This document shows positions 9,215 to 20,356 of a stretch of DNA of 60,741 nt, in pieces. Every line of letters starts with the position of its first letter. The first letter of the stretch is position 1. This DNA is from Cyanophyceae cyanobacterium (GTDB lineage: Bacteria; Cyanobacteriota; Cyanobacteriia; Cyanobacteriales; JBHJGN01), in assembly GCA_050331735.1 (NCBI GenBank), contig JBHJGN010000071.1, forward strand, positions 1-60,741. The letters run 5' to 3'. The notes below the pieces were generated by a model. That model ran no database searches. It worked only from the letters and a program-made list of their open reading frames with translations, and was not told the DNA's origin. The translations under genes and the position numbers were made by a program.

Positions 9215-10120
9215 ATGCTTCAAACCCTAATAGAGCCACTCGAGTATAGCTTCATGCAGCGATCGCTTCTAGAAGCGGTGATTGTGGGCGTAATTTGTGC
9301 CGTTGTAGGAAGTTACCTGATGGTGCAGCGGCTGGCGCTGTTGGGAGATGCCATTAGCCATTCGGTGTTGCCCGGGTTGGCGATCGCCTTTTTACTAGAT
9401 TTTAATATTTTTGTGGGGGCTTTTGTAGCTGGTTTGCTGAGTACGGTCTGTATCAACGTGATTAGAACCCGCTCTCATATCAAAGAAGATGCGGCTATGG
9501 GAATTGTGTTCTCGGCTTTCTTTGCCCTTGGGATTACCCTAATCACGGTTATTCAGAAAGACAACAAGATCGATCTCAACCATTTCCTGTTTGGCAACAT
9601 CCTCGGGGTTACGTTAGGCGACGTGCGCGATACGTTGATTATTGCCGCTGTGGTTTTATTAGTGGTCGCCTTACTGTATAAAGAGCTACAATTTTACACC
9701 TTCGATCCCCTCGGAGCCCAGGCGGTGGGTTTGCCTGTGCATCTGCTGGATCTGGGGTTAATGATGCTGATTGGTCTGACCATCGTGGCTAGCCTTAAGG
9801 CAGTCGGCGTTGTTTTAGTTCTATCGTTGCTTATTACTCCCGCCGCTACGGCTTATCTGTTGGTGACTCGACTGCACCAAATGATGTTTGTCGGAGTTGG
9901 AGTGGGGATCGTCTCTAGTATTAGCGGCCTGTACCTCAGCTATTTTTACAACTTGCCTTCCGGTCCGGCAATTGTTTTGGTGGCTTCTGGATTGTTTGTT
10001 CTGACTTTTCTCTTTAGTCCTAGCCAAGGTCTGCTCACTCGCCCCGCCACAACCACCAGTACTCCTCCGGTCCTGCAGGAGCTAAAAAGCTTATTTTCTA
10101 GACCGGAGTCAAAGCTTTAA
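9215..10120 (+). CDS. mntB: Mn/Zn ABC transporter permease
   Basis: GDAISHSVLPG, KEDAAMGIVFS, FLFGNILGV, TFDP, PSGPAIV. Confidence 0.9.
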   Translation: MLQTLIEPLEYSFMQRSLLEAVIVGVICAVVGSYLMVQRLALLGDAISHSVLPGLAIAFLLDFNIFVGAFVAGLLSTVCINVIRTRSHIKEDAAMGIVFSAFFALGITLITVIQKDNKIDLNHFLFGNILGVTLGDVRDTLIIAAVVLLVVALLYKELQFYTFDPLGAQAVGLPVHLLDLGLMMLIGLTIVASLKAVGVVLVLSLLITPAATAYLLVTRLHQMMFVGVGVGIVSSISGLYLSYFYNLPSGPAIVLVASGLFVLTFLFSPSQGLLTRPATTTSTPPVLQELKSLFSRPESKL

Positions 10121-10319
10121 CGCGAACCACTTGCTTTTAAAGCCTTGCCTCTATCGCGGCGAGTATTTTACCATAGTAGACTTGTTATACTGGAAATTTG
10201 CTGGCTAACCGATACAGGAAAACCCCGTCACTTAATATTAGATTATCAGTCTTGAAGGGCGGATACCACTGCTTCTGTAGGCTTTATTAAGCTTGATGCA
10301 ACTTCAAACTCAACAAAAT

Positions 10320-12203
10320 ATGAGAAACGCACTAGATAGACGGTTCGATTACGTCAAAATTGGCATCGCTTCTCCTGAACGCGTTCGTCAATGGGGAGAA
10401 AGAACGCTACCGAATGGCTCGGTCGTGGGGGAAGTCACCACCCCGGAAACCATCAACTATCGCACCCTTAAACCAGAAATGGATGGGCTTTTCTGCGAGC
10501 GCATCTTTGGACCCTCGAAAGACTGGGAGTGCTGGTGCGGAAAGTATAAGCGGGTCCGCCACCGGGGAATTGTCTGCGAGCGCTGCGGCGTAGAAGTCAC
10601 CGAGTCGCGGGTTCGTCGCCACCGGATGGGGTTTATTAAACTAGCCGCCCCCGTCACTCACGTCTGGTATTTAAAAGGCATTCCGAGCTATCTCAGCATT
10701 CTGCTAGACATGGCGCTCCGCGACGTCGAGCAAATTGTCTATTTCAACGCCTATGTGGTTCTCGACCCGGGTAACGCCGGGAACTTGAGCTACAAACAGC
10801 TATTAACTGAAGACCAGTGGCTTGAAATTGAAGAGCAGCTTTACGCCGAAGAATCTGAGCTTCAAGGAGTAGAAGTAGGGATTGGCGCCGAAGCTGTTGA
10901 GCGGCTGCTTCAGGAAATGGAACTTGAGTCGGAGGCAGAAAAACTGCGCGAAGGTATTGCCGACAGTAAAGGGCAAAAGCGAGCCAAGCTGATCAAGCGC
11001 CTGCGGGTGATCGATAACTTTATTGCGACCGGCTCCCGTCCTGAGTGGATGGTACTTTCCTATATTCCCGTCATCCCGCCGGATTTGCGCCCAATGGTGC
11101 AGCTAGACGGCGGACGCTTTGCTACTTCCGACCTCAACGATCTTTATCGCCGGGTGATCAACCGCAACAATCGTCTAGCGCGCTTGCAGGAAATTCTCGC
11201 TCCTGAAATTATTGTGCGCAACGAAAAGCGTATGCTTCAGGAAGCGGTAGATGCGTTAATCGATAACGGACGACGAGGACGCACTGTTGTCGGGGCGAAT
11301 AACCGTCCGCTGAAATCTCTCTCTGACATTATTGAAGGAAAGCAGGGGCGTTTCCGCCAAAACCTGCTCGGAAAGCGAGTCGATTACTCGGGTCGTTCAG
11401 TGATTGTTGTCGGTCCCAAGCTAAAAATTTATCAGTGTGGCTTACCTCGGGAGATGGCTATTGAGCTGTTTCAACCCTTTGTCATTCATCGCCTGATTCG
11501 CTTAGGCTTAGTAAACAACATTAAAGCTGCCAAGAAGCTGATTCAGCGAGGCGATGCTCAGGTGTGGAACGTGCTTCAGGAAGTCATTACGGGTCATCCC
11601 GTCCTGCTGAACCGTGCCCCGACTCTACACCGACTGGGAATCCAGGCTTTTGAGCCAATTTTAGTGGAAGGTCGCGCCATTCAGCTTCATCCCCTCGTCT
11701 GTCCGCCCTTTAACGCAGACTTCGACGGCGACCAAATGGCCGTACACGTTCCGCTCTCCCTAGAATCCCAGGCAGAAGCGCGTTTGCTGATGCTGGCGTG
11801 CCATAATATTCTCTCTCCGGCAACGGGGCGCCCGATTATTGCGCCTTCACAAGACATGGTTTTGGGCTGCTACTATCTCACCGCCGAAAATCCCCACTCT
11901 CAGACAGGTCAGGGACGTTACTTTGCCAGTCTTGACGATGCTATCAAAGCATACGAACAAGGACAGCTCGACATTCATACCTACATTTGGGTGCGCTATG
12001 AGGGGACTGTAGAAACAGGAGAAGAAGATACCGAGGTGGTTAAATCTGAATCCCTAGACGATGGCACGGTTCTGAAATACTACAAGCACCGCAAGGTTAG
12101 AGAAACCGCAGATGGTGAAATTATTTCCCAGTACATCAACACAACTCCTGGGCGAGTCATCTATAACAAGACCATTCAGGAAGCGCTCGTCGATCAGAGC
12201 TAG
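10320..12203 (+). CDS. rpoC1: DNA-directed RNA polymerase subunit gamma
   Basis: [13 protein letters not shown], Zn finger [38 protein letters not shown]; start may be 10296 or 10320. Confidence 0.99.
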   Translation: MRNALDRRFDYVKIGIASPERVRQWGERTLPNGSVVGEVTTPETINYRTLKPEMDGLFCERIFGPSKDWECWCGKYKRVRHRGIVCERCGVEVTESRVRRHRMGFIKLAAPVTHVWYLKGIPSYLSILLDMALRDVEQIVYFNAYVVLDPGNAGNLSYKQLLTEDQWLEIEEQLYAEESELQGVEVGIGAEAVERLLQEMELESEAEKLREGIADSKGQKRAKLIKRLRVIDNFIATGSRPEWMVLSYIPVIPPDLRPMVQLDGGRFATSDLNDLYRRVINRNNRLARLQEILAPEIIVRNEKRMLQEAVDALIDNGRRGRTVVGANNRPLKSLSDIIEGKQGRFRQNLLGKRVDYSGRSVIVVGPKLKIYQCGLPREMAIELFQPFVIHRLIRLGLVNNIKAAKKLIQRGDAQVWNVLQEVITGHPVLLNRAPTLHRLGIQAFEPILVEGRAIQLHPLVCPPFNADFDGDQMAVHVPLSLESQAEARLLMLACHNILSPATGRPIIAPSQDMVLGCYYLTAENPHSQTGQGRYFASLDDAIKAYEQGQLDIHTYIWVRYEGTVETGEEDTEVVKSESLDDGTVLKYYKHRKVRETADGEIISQYINTTPGRVIYNKTIQEALVDQS

Positions 12204-12234
12204 TTTGTTGTAGAACTTAGTTAGTCAATGTGAT

Positions 12235-12263
12235 AGGAATCAGCTATGGCTGATTCCTGTTTT
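12235..12263 (+). terminator. intrinsic terminator after rpoC1
   Basis: AGGAATCAGC-TATG-GCTGATTCCT perfect 10-bp stem followed by GTTTT. Confidence 0.75.
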
Positions 12264-12475
12264 GATCAGCCATCCTCCACCGCGGAGCTACTAAAATTCC
12301 TCCCAAAGAATGAAGAAAAATTTAGCGCTCATTGCCTAGCATCGGGGATAAACTGACGACCATTATTTGAGCGAGAGGTGCCAGATGATCGCTGTCATGC
12401 TCTAACCTCATTTGGCTTGGAAAATCTAATCACAAGCTCAATTTAGTAGACAGATCACTAGAACGGAGGACATCA

Positions 12476-13567
12476 ATGGTAACTAAGGTCAGCACAAAGA
12501 CGCGGGTGGCAGTGCTGCTAGAAGATAAATTTGAGGATTCAGAATTTCGGATTCCCACCACCGCTCTTAAGCAAGCTGGAGCAGAGGTGGTGATTCTGGG
12601 GTCGCGGATGAATGACCAATATCAGGGTAAGCGAGGCACTGTTTCCGCTGAACCAGATGCCACGGCGACGGAAGTGCGCTCTGAAGATTTCGATGCCATC
12701 TTCATTCCGGGTGGCATGGCTCCCGACCACATTAGAGCCAATCCGCATGCGGTACGCTTAGTGATTGATGCGATCGCTCAGGGAAAAATCATCGCCGCCG
12801 TTTGTCATGGTCCCCAGGTGCTTATCGATGCAGACCAACTGCGAGGCAAACAGGCCACCGGCTATCGCTCGCTCCGCAAAGATATTCAAAATGCTGGAGC
12901 CACCTACATCAACGAACCGGTCGTTGTCCAAGGAAATTTAATGACCTCCAGACGACCCGGCGATTTACCGGTGTTTACGACAACGCTACTGACCCGTCTC
13001 GGCTTAAGCCTTGAGGAGACGAAACTGCCGGAGGTGAGCGACCAAACCTATGAATGGTGGAAACTGGGAGAAACCTGGGGTGGCTCTAGCCGACTAGATA
13101 TTGTCAACGCGATTAATACCGCTCTTACAGGAGAACACTACACCCTTAAAGCGTTTGAGCAGTATGTTGATAAAGTGGCAGACCAAGAATTTAAGGTCAT
13201 TTTTTCTGAGGTGGTTGGAACCAAGCGCCAGCACGTTCAGCTACTCGAAAAGCGCTTGGCCGCTTTCAACGAGCAACCCACCTGGCAAACCGCTGGCGGC
13301 GAAGCCTACGCTACTCTGCAAGGCTGGCTCCAATCGAACGAAAATGAAACCGATATTCTCCGTCGCGCCCTGGGGGATGTCCAAACGGGAGTCGTCGATT
13401 CCTATCGCCTATGCGGTCAGCTCACCGATCCGCTGACGGTAGAAATCATGGAGCAAATTGAGGGGAACCTGTCGCAGTTGGAAATGCGCTTGGGCGAACT
13501 GTATCGGGCCAGAATGGGAAGTAACGTTCAGCCCCCAATGCCGACAACCTTTGCTGTATTTGGGTAA
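12476..13567 (+). CDS. DJ-1/PfpI-family protein fused to a C-terminal ferritin-like domain
   Basis: FEDSEF, IPGGMAPD, AVCHGPQ, SRRPGDLP; helical C-terminal half with GEHY and ExxGTKRQH; GGAGGA RBS upstream. Confidence 0.88.
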   Translation: MVTKVSTKTRVAVLLEDKFEDSEFRIPTTALKQAGAEVVILGSRMNDQYQGKRGTVSAEPDATATEVRSEDFDAIFIPGGMAPDHIRANPHAVRLVIDAIAQGKIIAAVCHGPQVLIDADQLRGKQATGYRSLRKDIQNAGATYINEPVVVQGNLMTSRRPGDLPVFTTTLLTRLGLSLEETKLPEVSDQTYEWWKLGETWGGSSRLDIVNAINTALTGEHYTLKAFEQYVDKVADQEFKVIFSEVVGTKRQHVQLLEKRLAAFNEQPTWQTAGGEAYATLQGWLQSNENETDILRRALGDVQTGVVDSYRLCGQLTDPLTVEIMEQIEGNLSQLEMRLGELYRARMGSNVQPPMPTTFAVFG

Positions 13568-13728
13568 GCTAACGTTAAAGCTAGATCAAGCGACCAATTG
13601 GTGGGGAAAAAGGGAGTTTTGTTCCTTTACTAGTTTCCGCTTGAGTAGTCTTTAGAAAGAGAATCTTATGAATCGTTTGGTAAAACTTTCTAAGGGGGCG
13701 ATCGCCTCTTTCGTTTACAGGTCAACCG

Positions 13729-14406
13729 GTGGCTAAGTCGTTTAAGCACCTAGATACAATCGCGGCGCTATTTGTCGCTGTCTTACTGATTTCTAACATC
13801 GCGTCCACCAAAATTGTTGATTTAGGGGTGTTTACCTTTGACGGCGGCACTCTCCTCTTTCCCCTCAGCTACATTTTTGGCGACATTTTAACCGAAGTTT
13901 ACGGCTACTCGCGCTCTCGGAAAGTGATTTGGCTCGGATTTATCTCCGCTGGCTTAATGTCGGTGACCCTAACCATTGTGGGCGCACTTCCTCCAGCAGC
14001 AGACTGGCCCTATCAAGACGCTTACAATCAGATTTTAGGACTCACGCCCAGGATTATCGTAGCGAGCTTGATTGCCTATTTCGCGGGGGAATTTTCTAAC
14101 TCCTATACGCTGGCAAAGCTCAAAGTGATTACTCAGGGAAGATGGCTCTGGACCCGCACCGTCAGCTCAACCTTAATTGGTCAAATTTTAGACACAGCCC
14201 TCTTTATTCTGATTGCTTTTACCGGAGTCGTTCCCCATCGTTTACTGTTGCCTCTAATTTTGTCCAACTACCTGTTTAAATGTGGAGTAGAGATTCTGCT
14301 CACTCCCGCGACCTACTGGTTCACCCACTGGCTCAAGCACCAAGAACAAGAAGATTACTACGACTCAAACACTAACTTTAATCCATTTCGGTTATCGAGC
14401 CGATAG
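13729..14406 (+). CDS. queuosine precursor transporter (YhhQ/VUT family)
   Basis: SNIASTK, FPLSYIFGDILTEVYG, PRIIVASLIAY, RTVSSTLIGQILDT. Confidence 0.92.
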   Translation: MAKSFKHLDTIAALFVAVLLISNIASTKIVDLGVFTFDGGTLLFPLSYIFGDILTEVYGYSRSRKVIWLGFISAGLMSVTLTIVGALPPAADWPYQDAYNQILGLTPRIIVASLIAYFAGEFSNSYTLAKLKVITQGRWLWTRTVSSTLIGQILDTALFILIAFTGVVPHRLLLPLILSNYLFKCGVEILLTPATYWFTHWLKHQEQEDYYDSNTNFNPFRLSSR

Positions 14407-14537
14407 CTCCCGATCATAATTAGAGAGATTGGGAAGGAATATCTTGTAGCAGTCAGGATATCAACCATTAACCATCAACAAAGAATAGAACGTCAGCCTG
14501 TCTTTGATTAAACGAAAAACTGCTACAGATCCAGTGT

Positions 14538-15599
14538 ATGAAACCTCTGCCAATCCTCCAGGTCATTATTGCCGTTATTTTAGCGATCGCCGCGATTAGA
14601 TCCGCTCGCGTGGTCACGTTACCGCTCGCGTTTGCTTTTCTGATTGCGGTTCTGGTCTACCCGCTGCAAAAGTGGCTGGAGCGCTATCTGCCTCATTGGT
14701 TGAGCGCCGCTGCCGTGGTGCTTCTGCTGGCGAGTTTTCTCGGTTTAGGAATCTGGATTCTAGAACTGAGCGTTGAAATCATTGAACCAAAGGCCCCAGA
14801 GTATCTAGAGCGGTTCCAGCAGCTCGCTCAAAACGCGCTCACCTGGCTACAGCAGCGGGGCATCCCCGTCGCACAATTGTCTTCTTCCCAGGGGTCGCTC
14901 GGTCGGTTTGCGAGCGAGGCGATCGCCGGAGTGCGCACTCTCTGGTCTGTCTTAGGATTGTTTGTTTTGGTGGTTTCGCTGCTCTGCTTACTGCTGCTAG
15001 AGGTCGGCGACTACCGACAGAAGGTTAGCAGCAGCTTTAGTCGAGCGACAAGCGACAAAATTGTAGAGGCTTTCACGCGGATGAGCCACAAGCTGCGTCG
15101 CTTTGTGTTAGTGCAGGCTTTCACCAGCCTATTGACGGGAATTCTGACGGGGCTGTGGTGTTTAATCCTCGGAGTCGATCTGGCCTTTGTCTGGGGAGTG
15201 ATTGCTTTGGTCCTCAATTTTGTACCGACTATCGGTTCCCTCATTGCGGTAATTCCGCCATCGCTCTTAGCGCTCCTGTTTAACGGGGTCGGTCAGGGAG
15301 TAGCCACCTTAGTGGGTCTGGTAACGATTCAATACATCATGGGAAATTTCGTCGATCCTCGTCTTCAGGGTCGTTCTTTGGCTATTTCTCCCTTTGTGGC
15401 GCTGCTGTCGATTATTTTTTGGGGATGGGTATGGGGCATTCCCGGAGCGTTTATCGCGATTCCCACCACGGTCTCTATCGTTGTTCTGTGCCAAGAATTC
15501 GAGCCCACGCGTCCGTTCGCTGCCCTCTTAGCTGATGTTGATGATGCCGCAGGCGAGGGAGAGAGGAGAAGGCAAGCCAGGAAGCCGAGGGAGGAGTAA
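14538..15599 (+). CDS. AI-2E family transporter
   Basis: LNFVPTIGS, GNFVDPRLQG, FWGWVWGIPGAFIAIP. Confidence 0.92.
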   Translation: MKPLPILQVIIAVILAIAAIRSARVVTLPLAFAFLIAVLVYPLQKWLERYLPHWLSAAAVVLLLASFLGLGIWILELSVEIIEPKAPEYLERFQQLAQNALTWLQQRGIPVAQLSSSQGSLGRFASEAIAGVRTLWSVLGLFVLVVSLLCLLLLEVGDYRQKVSSSFSRATSDKIVEAFTRMSHKLRRFVLVQAFTSLLTGILTGLWCLILGVDLAFVWGVIALVLNFVPTIGSLIAVIPPSLLALLFNGVGQGVATLVGLVTIQYIMGNFVDPRLQGRSLAISPFVALLSIIFWGWVWGIPGAFIAIPTTVSIVVLCQEFEPTRPFAALLADVDDAAGEGERRRQARKPREE

Positions 15600-15696
15600 C
15601 GCGCTTAACCTTGCGGAGGCACAGCCGCCGGAGGCAGTCTCCAGCGGAACGTTGTTACAACTGGATTGAGGATGACTCCTCTCGCTAGCGGGTCGG

Positions 15697-17385
15697 TCAA
15701 CTATCTTTTCCCTGAACGAACAGTGCTTTAGTCTGGGACTGACTGAAGTGGCGGAGTTGTCGAGTCATTTGAACAGCGCAAACCACAATCGCCAGCCATT
15801 GAACCAGCAGTACGCTCATCATAGTGGTCGTTTGAACCGCTGCTGTCGCCGCCAGAGGCTGTAAGGAAAGCAGCCAGAGCCAAGCTTCTGGTGCATGACC
15901 AGCAGGCATCTCCATCAAGCCGAGATAAAGCACTGGAGCGATCGCTCCAGTGCCAATGGTTGCTGTTGCCCAGGTTGACCGTTGCTCGCTCTTCATCATC
16001 AGCAGCAGTTGGGCCACAACGGCATACAGGATAATCAGGCTTCCGCTGAGGAAAAAGCCCGCCACGACAGCCATCGCGTTGTTGACTGGAAAGAGCAGCA
16101 CAGAAGGTAACGTCAAGCCCACCACAATTGCTATATTGAAAGCGATCGCCACCGGAGCCGGACTCTTCTCGCCCCACAGCAGCTCGGCTACCAAGCTCCG
16201 CTGGCTTGTTTGATGGCGATACCGCGCCCAGTCTTGGAGCGCTTGCCGATGAGGACTTAAGGCAGCAATTAGCAGGAGGAAAAAGACAGCGTTCTGGAAG
16301 AGTAGAGAGCTAAAGTTAATCAAAAGCCTATCGGAGTGGGCGTTTTGGAGCGCAAATCCGAGAGTAATCAGTGTAAAAAATCCAGACAGCCAATAACTTT
16401 GTTCTTTACTCCAGATTGCCGCTGTTGGCTGCCGAAACTGACGCTTGCTTGCCTGCCACAGCCAGTAAGTCCATCCAGCATAATTGAGCACCATAAAACC
16501 GATCGCGCTTCCAGGCTCCTGCCAGAGAGGTTGACCGTACCACAGTCCCGGCATCAGTCTGTGAACATCAAAGTACCCCACCGTTCGATGAGGCAAAAAG
16601 GTCGATTGAACTAAGTAGGGTAAGACAGTACTCGGGTTGAAGAGTTTTAACCAGTCCAGCGCAAAACCAGCAAAGGACCACTTGCTAGCGAGGACAGAGG
16701 TCAGCACAAATAGCCAAGACAGTACCGCTAAACTCAGCCAGACCGCCCGCGCTTCCCGTCCCTTTCCAATCAGTCCCACCAGGATCGCCAAGCTATAGAA
16801 GCAAGCGCAGCTAGCCGCTAGCACTCCATAAAAACCAACAATCAGGCCCAAGGAAACTCCCGCCGCTAATCCAGCTCCAACATGAAGCGGTATCGCCAGA
16901 GCCAGAGCGAGGTGGAGTAATATCGGAACTCCTAAAAATTTGCCGATTAAGATGCTGCTAGCCGAGCGAGGACTCAGGCGAATCAAGCTTAGCGTTCCGC
17001 GACTCTTCTCGCGAGACAGATCGCTCACCAAGAGGGTAATGCCGACTCCGATAAGAACAGCGATGCTGGCGAGACTGATCGCGACAAACAGATCGAGCCA
17101 CCACAGTTCTTTGAGGAGCATGACGTTGCTCTGAAGATCTAAAATACATTCAAACTTCCGCTCCCCTAAAGACGGTCCAGTACAGTAGCGGCTGGCAGTA
17201 CTTTGAGTCGTCAAGAGCAGCTCATCAGCAGTGGGGAGTCGCTTGACAAAGTACCCATACAGCAGGAGTTGGCTCAACAGCGAAAGTGTTGCGGCGAGGG
17301 CCACATTACGAGGCTTCAGTCGTCCCTTGAGTTCCCGCACTAGTTGGGGATTTTCTTCTGCTAGCCAATCGACAATCGTTGCCAT
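15697..17385 (-). CDS. ABC transporter permease (cyanobacterial ABC-2-like)
   Basis: NPQLVRELKGRL, DLSREKSRGTLSLIRLSPRS..ILIGKFLGVP, many TM helices; follows the ATPase gene. Confidence 0.85.
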   Translation of the reverse strand: MATIVDWLAEENPQLVRELKGRLKPRNVALAATLSLLSQLLLYGYFVKRLPTADELLLTTQSTASRYCTGPSLGERKFECILDLQSNVMLLKELWWLDLFVAISLASIAVLIGVGITLLVSDLSREKSRGTLSLIRLSPRSASSILIGKFLGVPILLHLALALAIPLHVGAGLAAGVSLGLIVGFYGVLAASCACFYSLAILVGLIGKGREARAVWLSLAVLSWLFVLTSVLASKWSFAGFALDWLKLFNPSTVLPYLVQSTFLPHRTVGYFDVHRLMPGLWYGQPLWQEPGSAIGFMVLNYAGWTYWLWQASKRQFRQPTAAIWSKEQSYWLSGFFTLITLGFALQNAHSDRLLINFSSLLFQNAVFFLLLIAALSPHRQALQDWARYRHQTSQRSLVAELLWGEKSPAPVAIAFNIAIVVGLTLPSVLLFPVNNAMAVVAGFFLSGSLIILYAVVAQLLLMMKSEQRSTWATATIGTGAIAPVLYLGLMEMPAGHAPEAWLWLLSLQPLAATAAVQTTTMMSVLLVQWLAIVVCAVQMTRQLRHFSQSQTKALFVQGKDS

Positions 17386-17412
17386 AGTTTCTCCGTCCAG
17401 TAACTTGTTAAT

Positions 17413-18357
17413 TTACGATGCCTGTCGCTCACCGCTCCTAAAAAAGATTGCCTCTAAATTTTCTGGTTCCCGGTGAAATTGAGTCAGCGGAATTCCGGCT
17501 GCTACGAGCGATCGCAATAGTTCGGCACACTCCTGAGTCGAACCGGAACAGTTAACGTGCAGACTTCCCGGTTCGGGCAAAGCCTCCCATCCCGTCACCA
17601 GAGGATGACTGCTCAGGGCCTGCTGTAGCTCCTGTACGTCTCCCAAGGTTGACACCGTAATCGTCTGTTGCTGGTTATTATACAGGGTCGCCAGAGAAGT
17701 ACTTTCAACTAGACACCCCATCTCCATCATGCCAATGGAGCTACAGAGTTCTGCCAAGTCGCTCAAAATGTGAGACGAAATCACAATGGTCATCCCCGCT
17801 GCCTGTAGCAGCTTCACAGTTTCCCGAAACCGCTCGCGAGCTACCGGGTCTAAACCGGAGACGGGTTCATCTAGCAGCAGCACCAAGGGCTCGTGCAGAA
17901 TGGTGCGAGCGAGGCTGAGACGCTGCTTCATGCCTCGGGAGAGGGTCGCGACCAAAGCCTGCTGCTTGGGGATTAACTGCACGAGGTCGAGCACCTCTTG
18001 AAGACGGCGGCGGCGCTCGCCCTTGGGCAAGCGGTACAGTCGCGCAAAGTAGTCTAGGTAATCCCAGACGGTCAAATCGTCATAGAGCGGAAAATCATCG
18101 GCCAAGTAGCCAATATACTGCTTCAGCGACGGCTCGCCTCGCTCCCACCGCAGGCGCTGACCGTAAAGCCAGATCTCTCCGGCGGTTGGTTCTTCTAAAG
18201 CGGCTAACAGGCGTAATAAAGTAGTCTTTCCCGCACCGTTAGGACCGATCAGCCCATACACTTCGCCGCTGGCAATCTGAAGCTCTACATCCCGAACAGC
18301 AACGTGTCGATCGAACTGCTTGGTCAATCCAGTCGTGGCGATCGCTTCCTTGGTCAA
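17413..18357 (-). CDS. ABC transporter ATP-binding protein
   Basis: GPNGAGKTT, LSRGMKQRL, LLDEPVSGLDP, SSHILSDL. Confidence 0.95.
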   Translation of the reverse strand: MTKEAIATTGLTKQFDRHVAVRDVELQIASGEVYGLIGPNGAGKTTLLRLLAALEEPTAGEIWLYGQRLRWERGEPSLKQYIGYLADDFPLYDDLTVWDYLDYFARLYRLPKGERRRRLQEVLDLVQLIPKQQALVATLSRGMKQRLSLARTILHEPLVLLLDEPVSGLDPVARERFRETVKLLQAAGMTIVISSHILSDLAELCSSIGMMEMGCLVESTSLATLYNNQQQTITVSTLGDVQELQQALSSHPLVTGWEALPEPGSLHVNCSGSTQECAELLRSLVAAGIPLTQFHREPENLEAIFFRSGERQAS

Positions 18358-18468
18358 GCTACTTGGCTCCCGTTTTAGTGATTCTGACTGTCATTAAAGC
18401 AAAATGAAGCATTCATAAAATCTTGCTTTTGACTTTTGCCTGTTAAATTCAGGATGGTTTGCGGTCCT

Positions 18469-19275
18469 TTATGCCACCGATTCTACCGCATCTAGTTCAG
18501 CCCACAGCTCGCCAATCTCGTCGGCGGCAAAATCTAATTCAGAAGCCATTTCCACTATCTCTAACACCTTTTCTTGGTTATCTCCGGCGAGAGCCAGAAG
18601 ATCTGAATCTGACAGCTCAAAGTTTTCAATCTTTCTTAACAGATAGCTAATGATGGTTTCGTTATCTGGGCAAGACGATGCTGATGCCGCAAAACAACCC
18701 GCTTCCGCTTCAATTTCGTTGCAGGCGCGATCGCTAGCGAGAGCCAGCGGACAGCGCACTTCAAATCCTTGTTCAAAACCTAGCTCGTTTTGGAGCACTC
18801 GCCGCGTCTCCGGTTTTAGCTGAACCTCGATCGGGGTATCGCTTTGCGGACGAGAGCAAAAAGGAAGCTGGGGAACGCGCAGGACCGTGTATCCTCTCGC
18901 TGACCACGTTTCCGCCACCAAAGGCTCTGGCAGTGTTTTCGGGACAAGCTGCACCACCGCAGTCCGACTAGCGGGAATCCGAAATAGACCCAGACAGCGA
19001 TTTGGCCCAAATAGAGGACCAGTCATCAAACTGACTTTTTGGGCATCCCCGTCAAGATTTACCAGGAGCTCCAGATTTCTATAGGGATCTACTTCCATCG
19101 CTCCTAGAGAGGAGGGACTGAGAAAAATCTCTAGCTGAAAGGTAATGTCTCTTGGCTCTCGGTTAGCAATTGTCAGGGCATACCCCTGAATAATTTGTCG
19201 AAAAGGCTGAGTACTCGCATTGCTATCTTGGCAGTCAGTTGGTTTAACTGTTAGTTCAAAAGTGGAGACTTCCAT
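18469..19275 (-). CDS. hypothetical protein (268 aa)
   Basis: Long ORF with ATG start and AT-rich upstream region; no motif recognised. Confidence 0.75.
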   Translation of the reverse strand: MEVSTFELTVKPTDCQDSNASTQPFRQIIQGYALTIANREPRDITFQLEIFLSPSSLGAMEVDPYRNLELLVNLDGDAQKVSLMTGPLFGPNRCLGLFRIPASRTAVVQLVPKTLPEPLVAETWSARGYTVLRVPQLPFCSRPQSDTPIEVQLKPETRRVLQNELGFEQGFEVRCPLALASDRACNEIEAEAGCFAASASSCPDNETIISYLLRKIENFELSDSDLLALAGDNQEKVLEIVEMASELDFAADEIGELWAELDAVESVA

Positions 19276-20356
19276 TGTAATTTTTTAAAAATATAATTAA
19301 CATTACGTAATATTTATAGAGAACAAAATATTCTCTTTAACTTTAGTAGTATCTATGCCGTTCTGTTTTAATGCTTCATTCTCTGGCTAGAATTTTCCGG
19401 GTCGTCCCTACTCCCTCAAACTCTGACTAGCAAAGTCTCCTCAGTTAAACGAGCGAAATCTTCAGCGAATTTGCCTCCCGTTCTCCTTTATAAAAAATAC
19501 GTGAGACTGAATTCCCAGTTCCTCTCAAACTCACCAGATTGAGCCGTTCTCTGTCTGTCAAACGGTATACTAGAGTGCCGCAGCGAATTAATTCGACAAT
19601 ATTCGATTAGCTTGCCTGCTTTACCCAGATTTTTGCATTTTTTCTCTTTAATGATTAAATCACCTCCTCAAAAAGGATTTTTTACGGTGGAAACAAGTTT
19701 GAGACAGCAATCCTAAACAATTTGCGACAATTTCTCCTACCTCTTACATTCTCCCTGCGGGTTTTTCCTAGGTCGACGCTCTGCGTCTCCGCACCCTCTA
19801 TAGGAAGCGCGACGGAAGCATTTCCGGCGGCTGCTTTGAACACGCTCAATGACGCACCGTCTGCCTCCTGCCTTGACTTGTCAACAGCGTTTCTAACTAA
19901 GAAAGAGCTTCTATAAACTGGAATTGATTAATTGCCCTGAAGGTAAAACAGCAAATGCCGCTACTTTTTCTGGTTCATTCCTGAAGACCCTTCCACAATA
20001 CAAGGAGTGCTGATCGGTCAAAAACGACAATATTATATAAAGCCTTTTTGATATCTATCAAGCACAGTATCTGCTCAAAATAGTGCAGGCTTAGTGTTAA
20101 CAACGGAGGTTCTCTTTAGGGTTTCTTAAGCTTTTTGACTGTCTGCTCCCTGCTTTTGTTACTAATAGAGGCTCTATCCTCCTACGACTTTTACTCAGGT
20201 CTTAAAAGTTCCCTTGATGCCGAAAAAAATTATTGTTTCTTAACACTAAACTGGTGTTGCCGTTCTGCGCTTGCTTAAAGCAGCCGTCGGAACTTTAAAT
20301 GAAGGCAGGAGGCGTAAGGTGCAGAGGGTACAATCATTTGGTCTATCAGCAAAAAT

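Noticed and set aside
13568..13728. preQ1 riboswitch upstream of the queuosine precursor transporter
   Set aside because: No recognisable preQ1 stem-loop with an A-rich tail by eye; cmscan would be needed to exclude it.
19722..19916. 64-aa ORF in the long intergenic region
   Set aside because: TTG start, no RBS and no motif.
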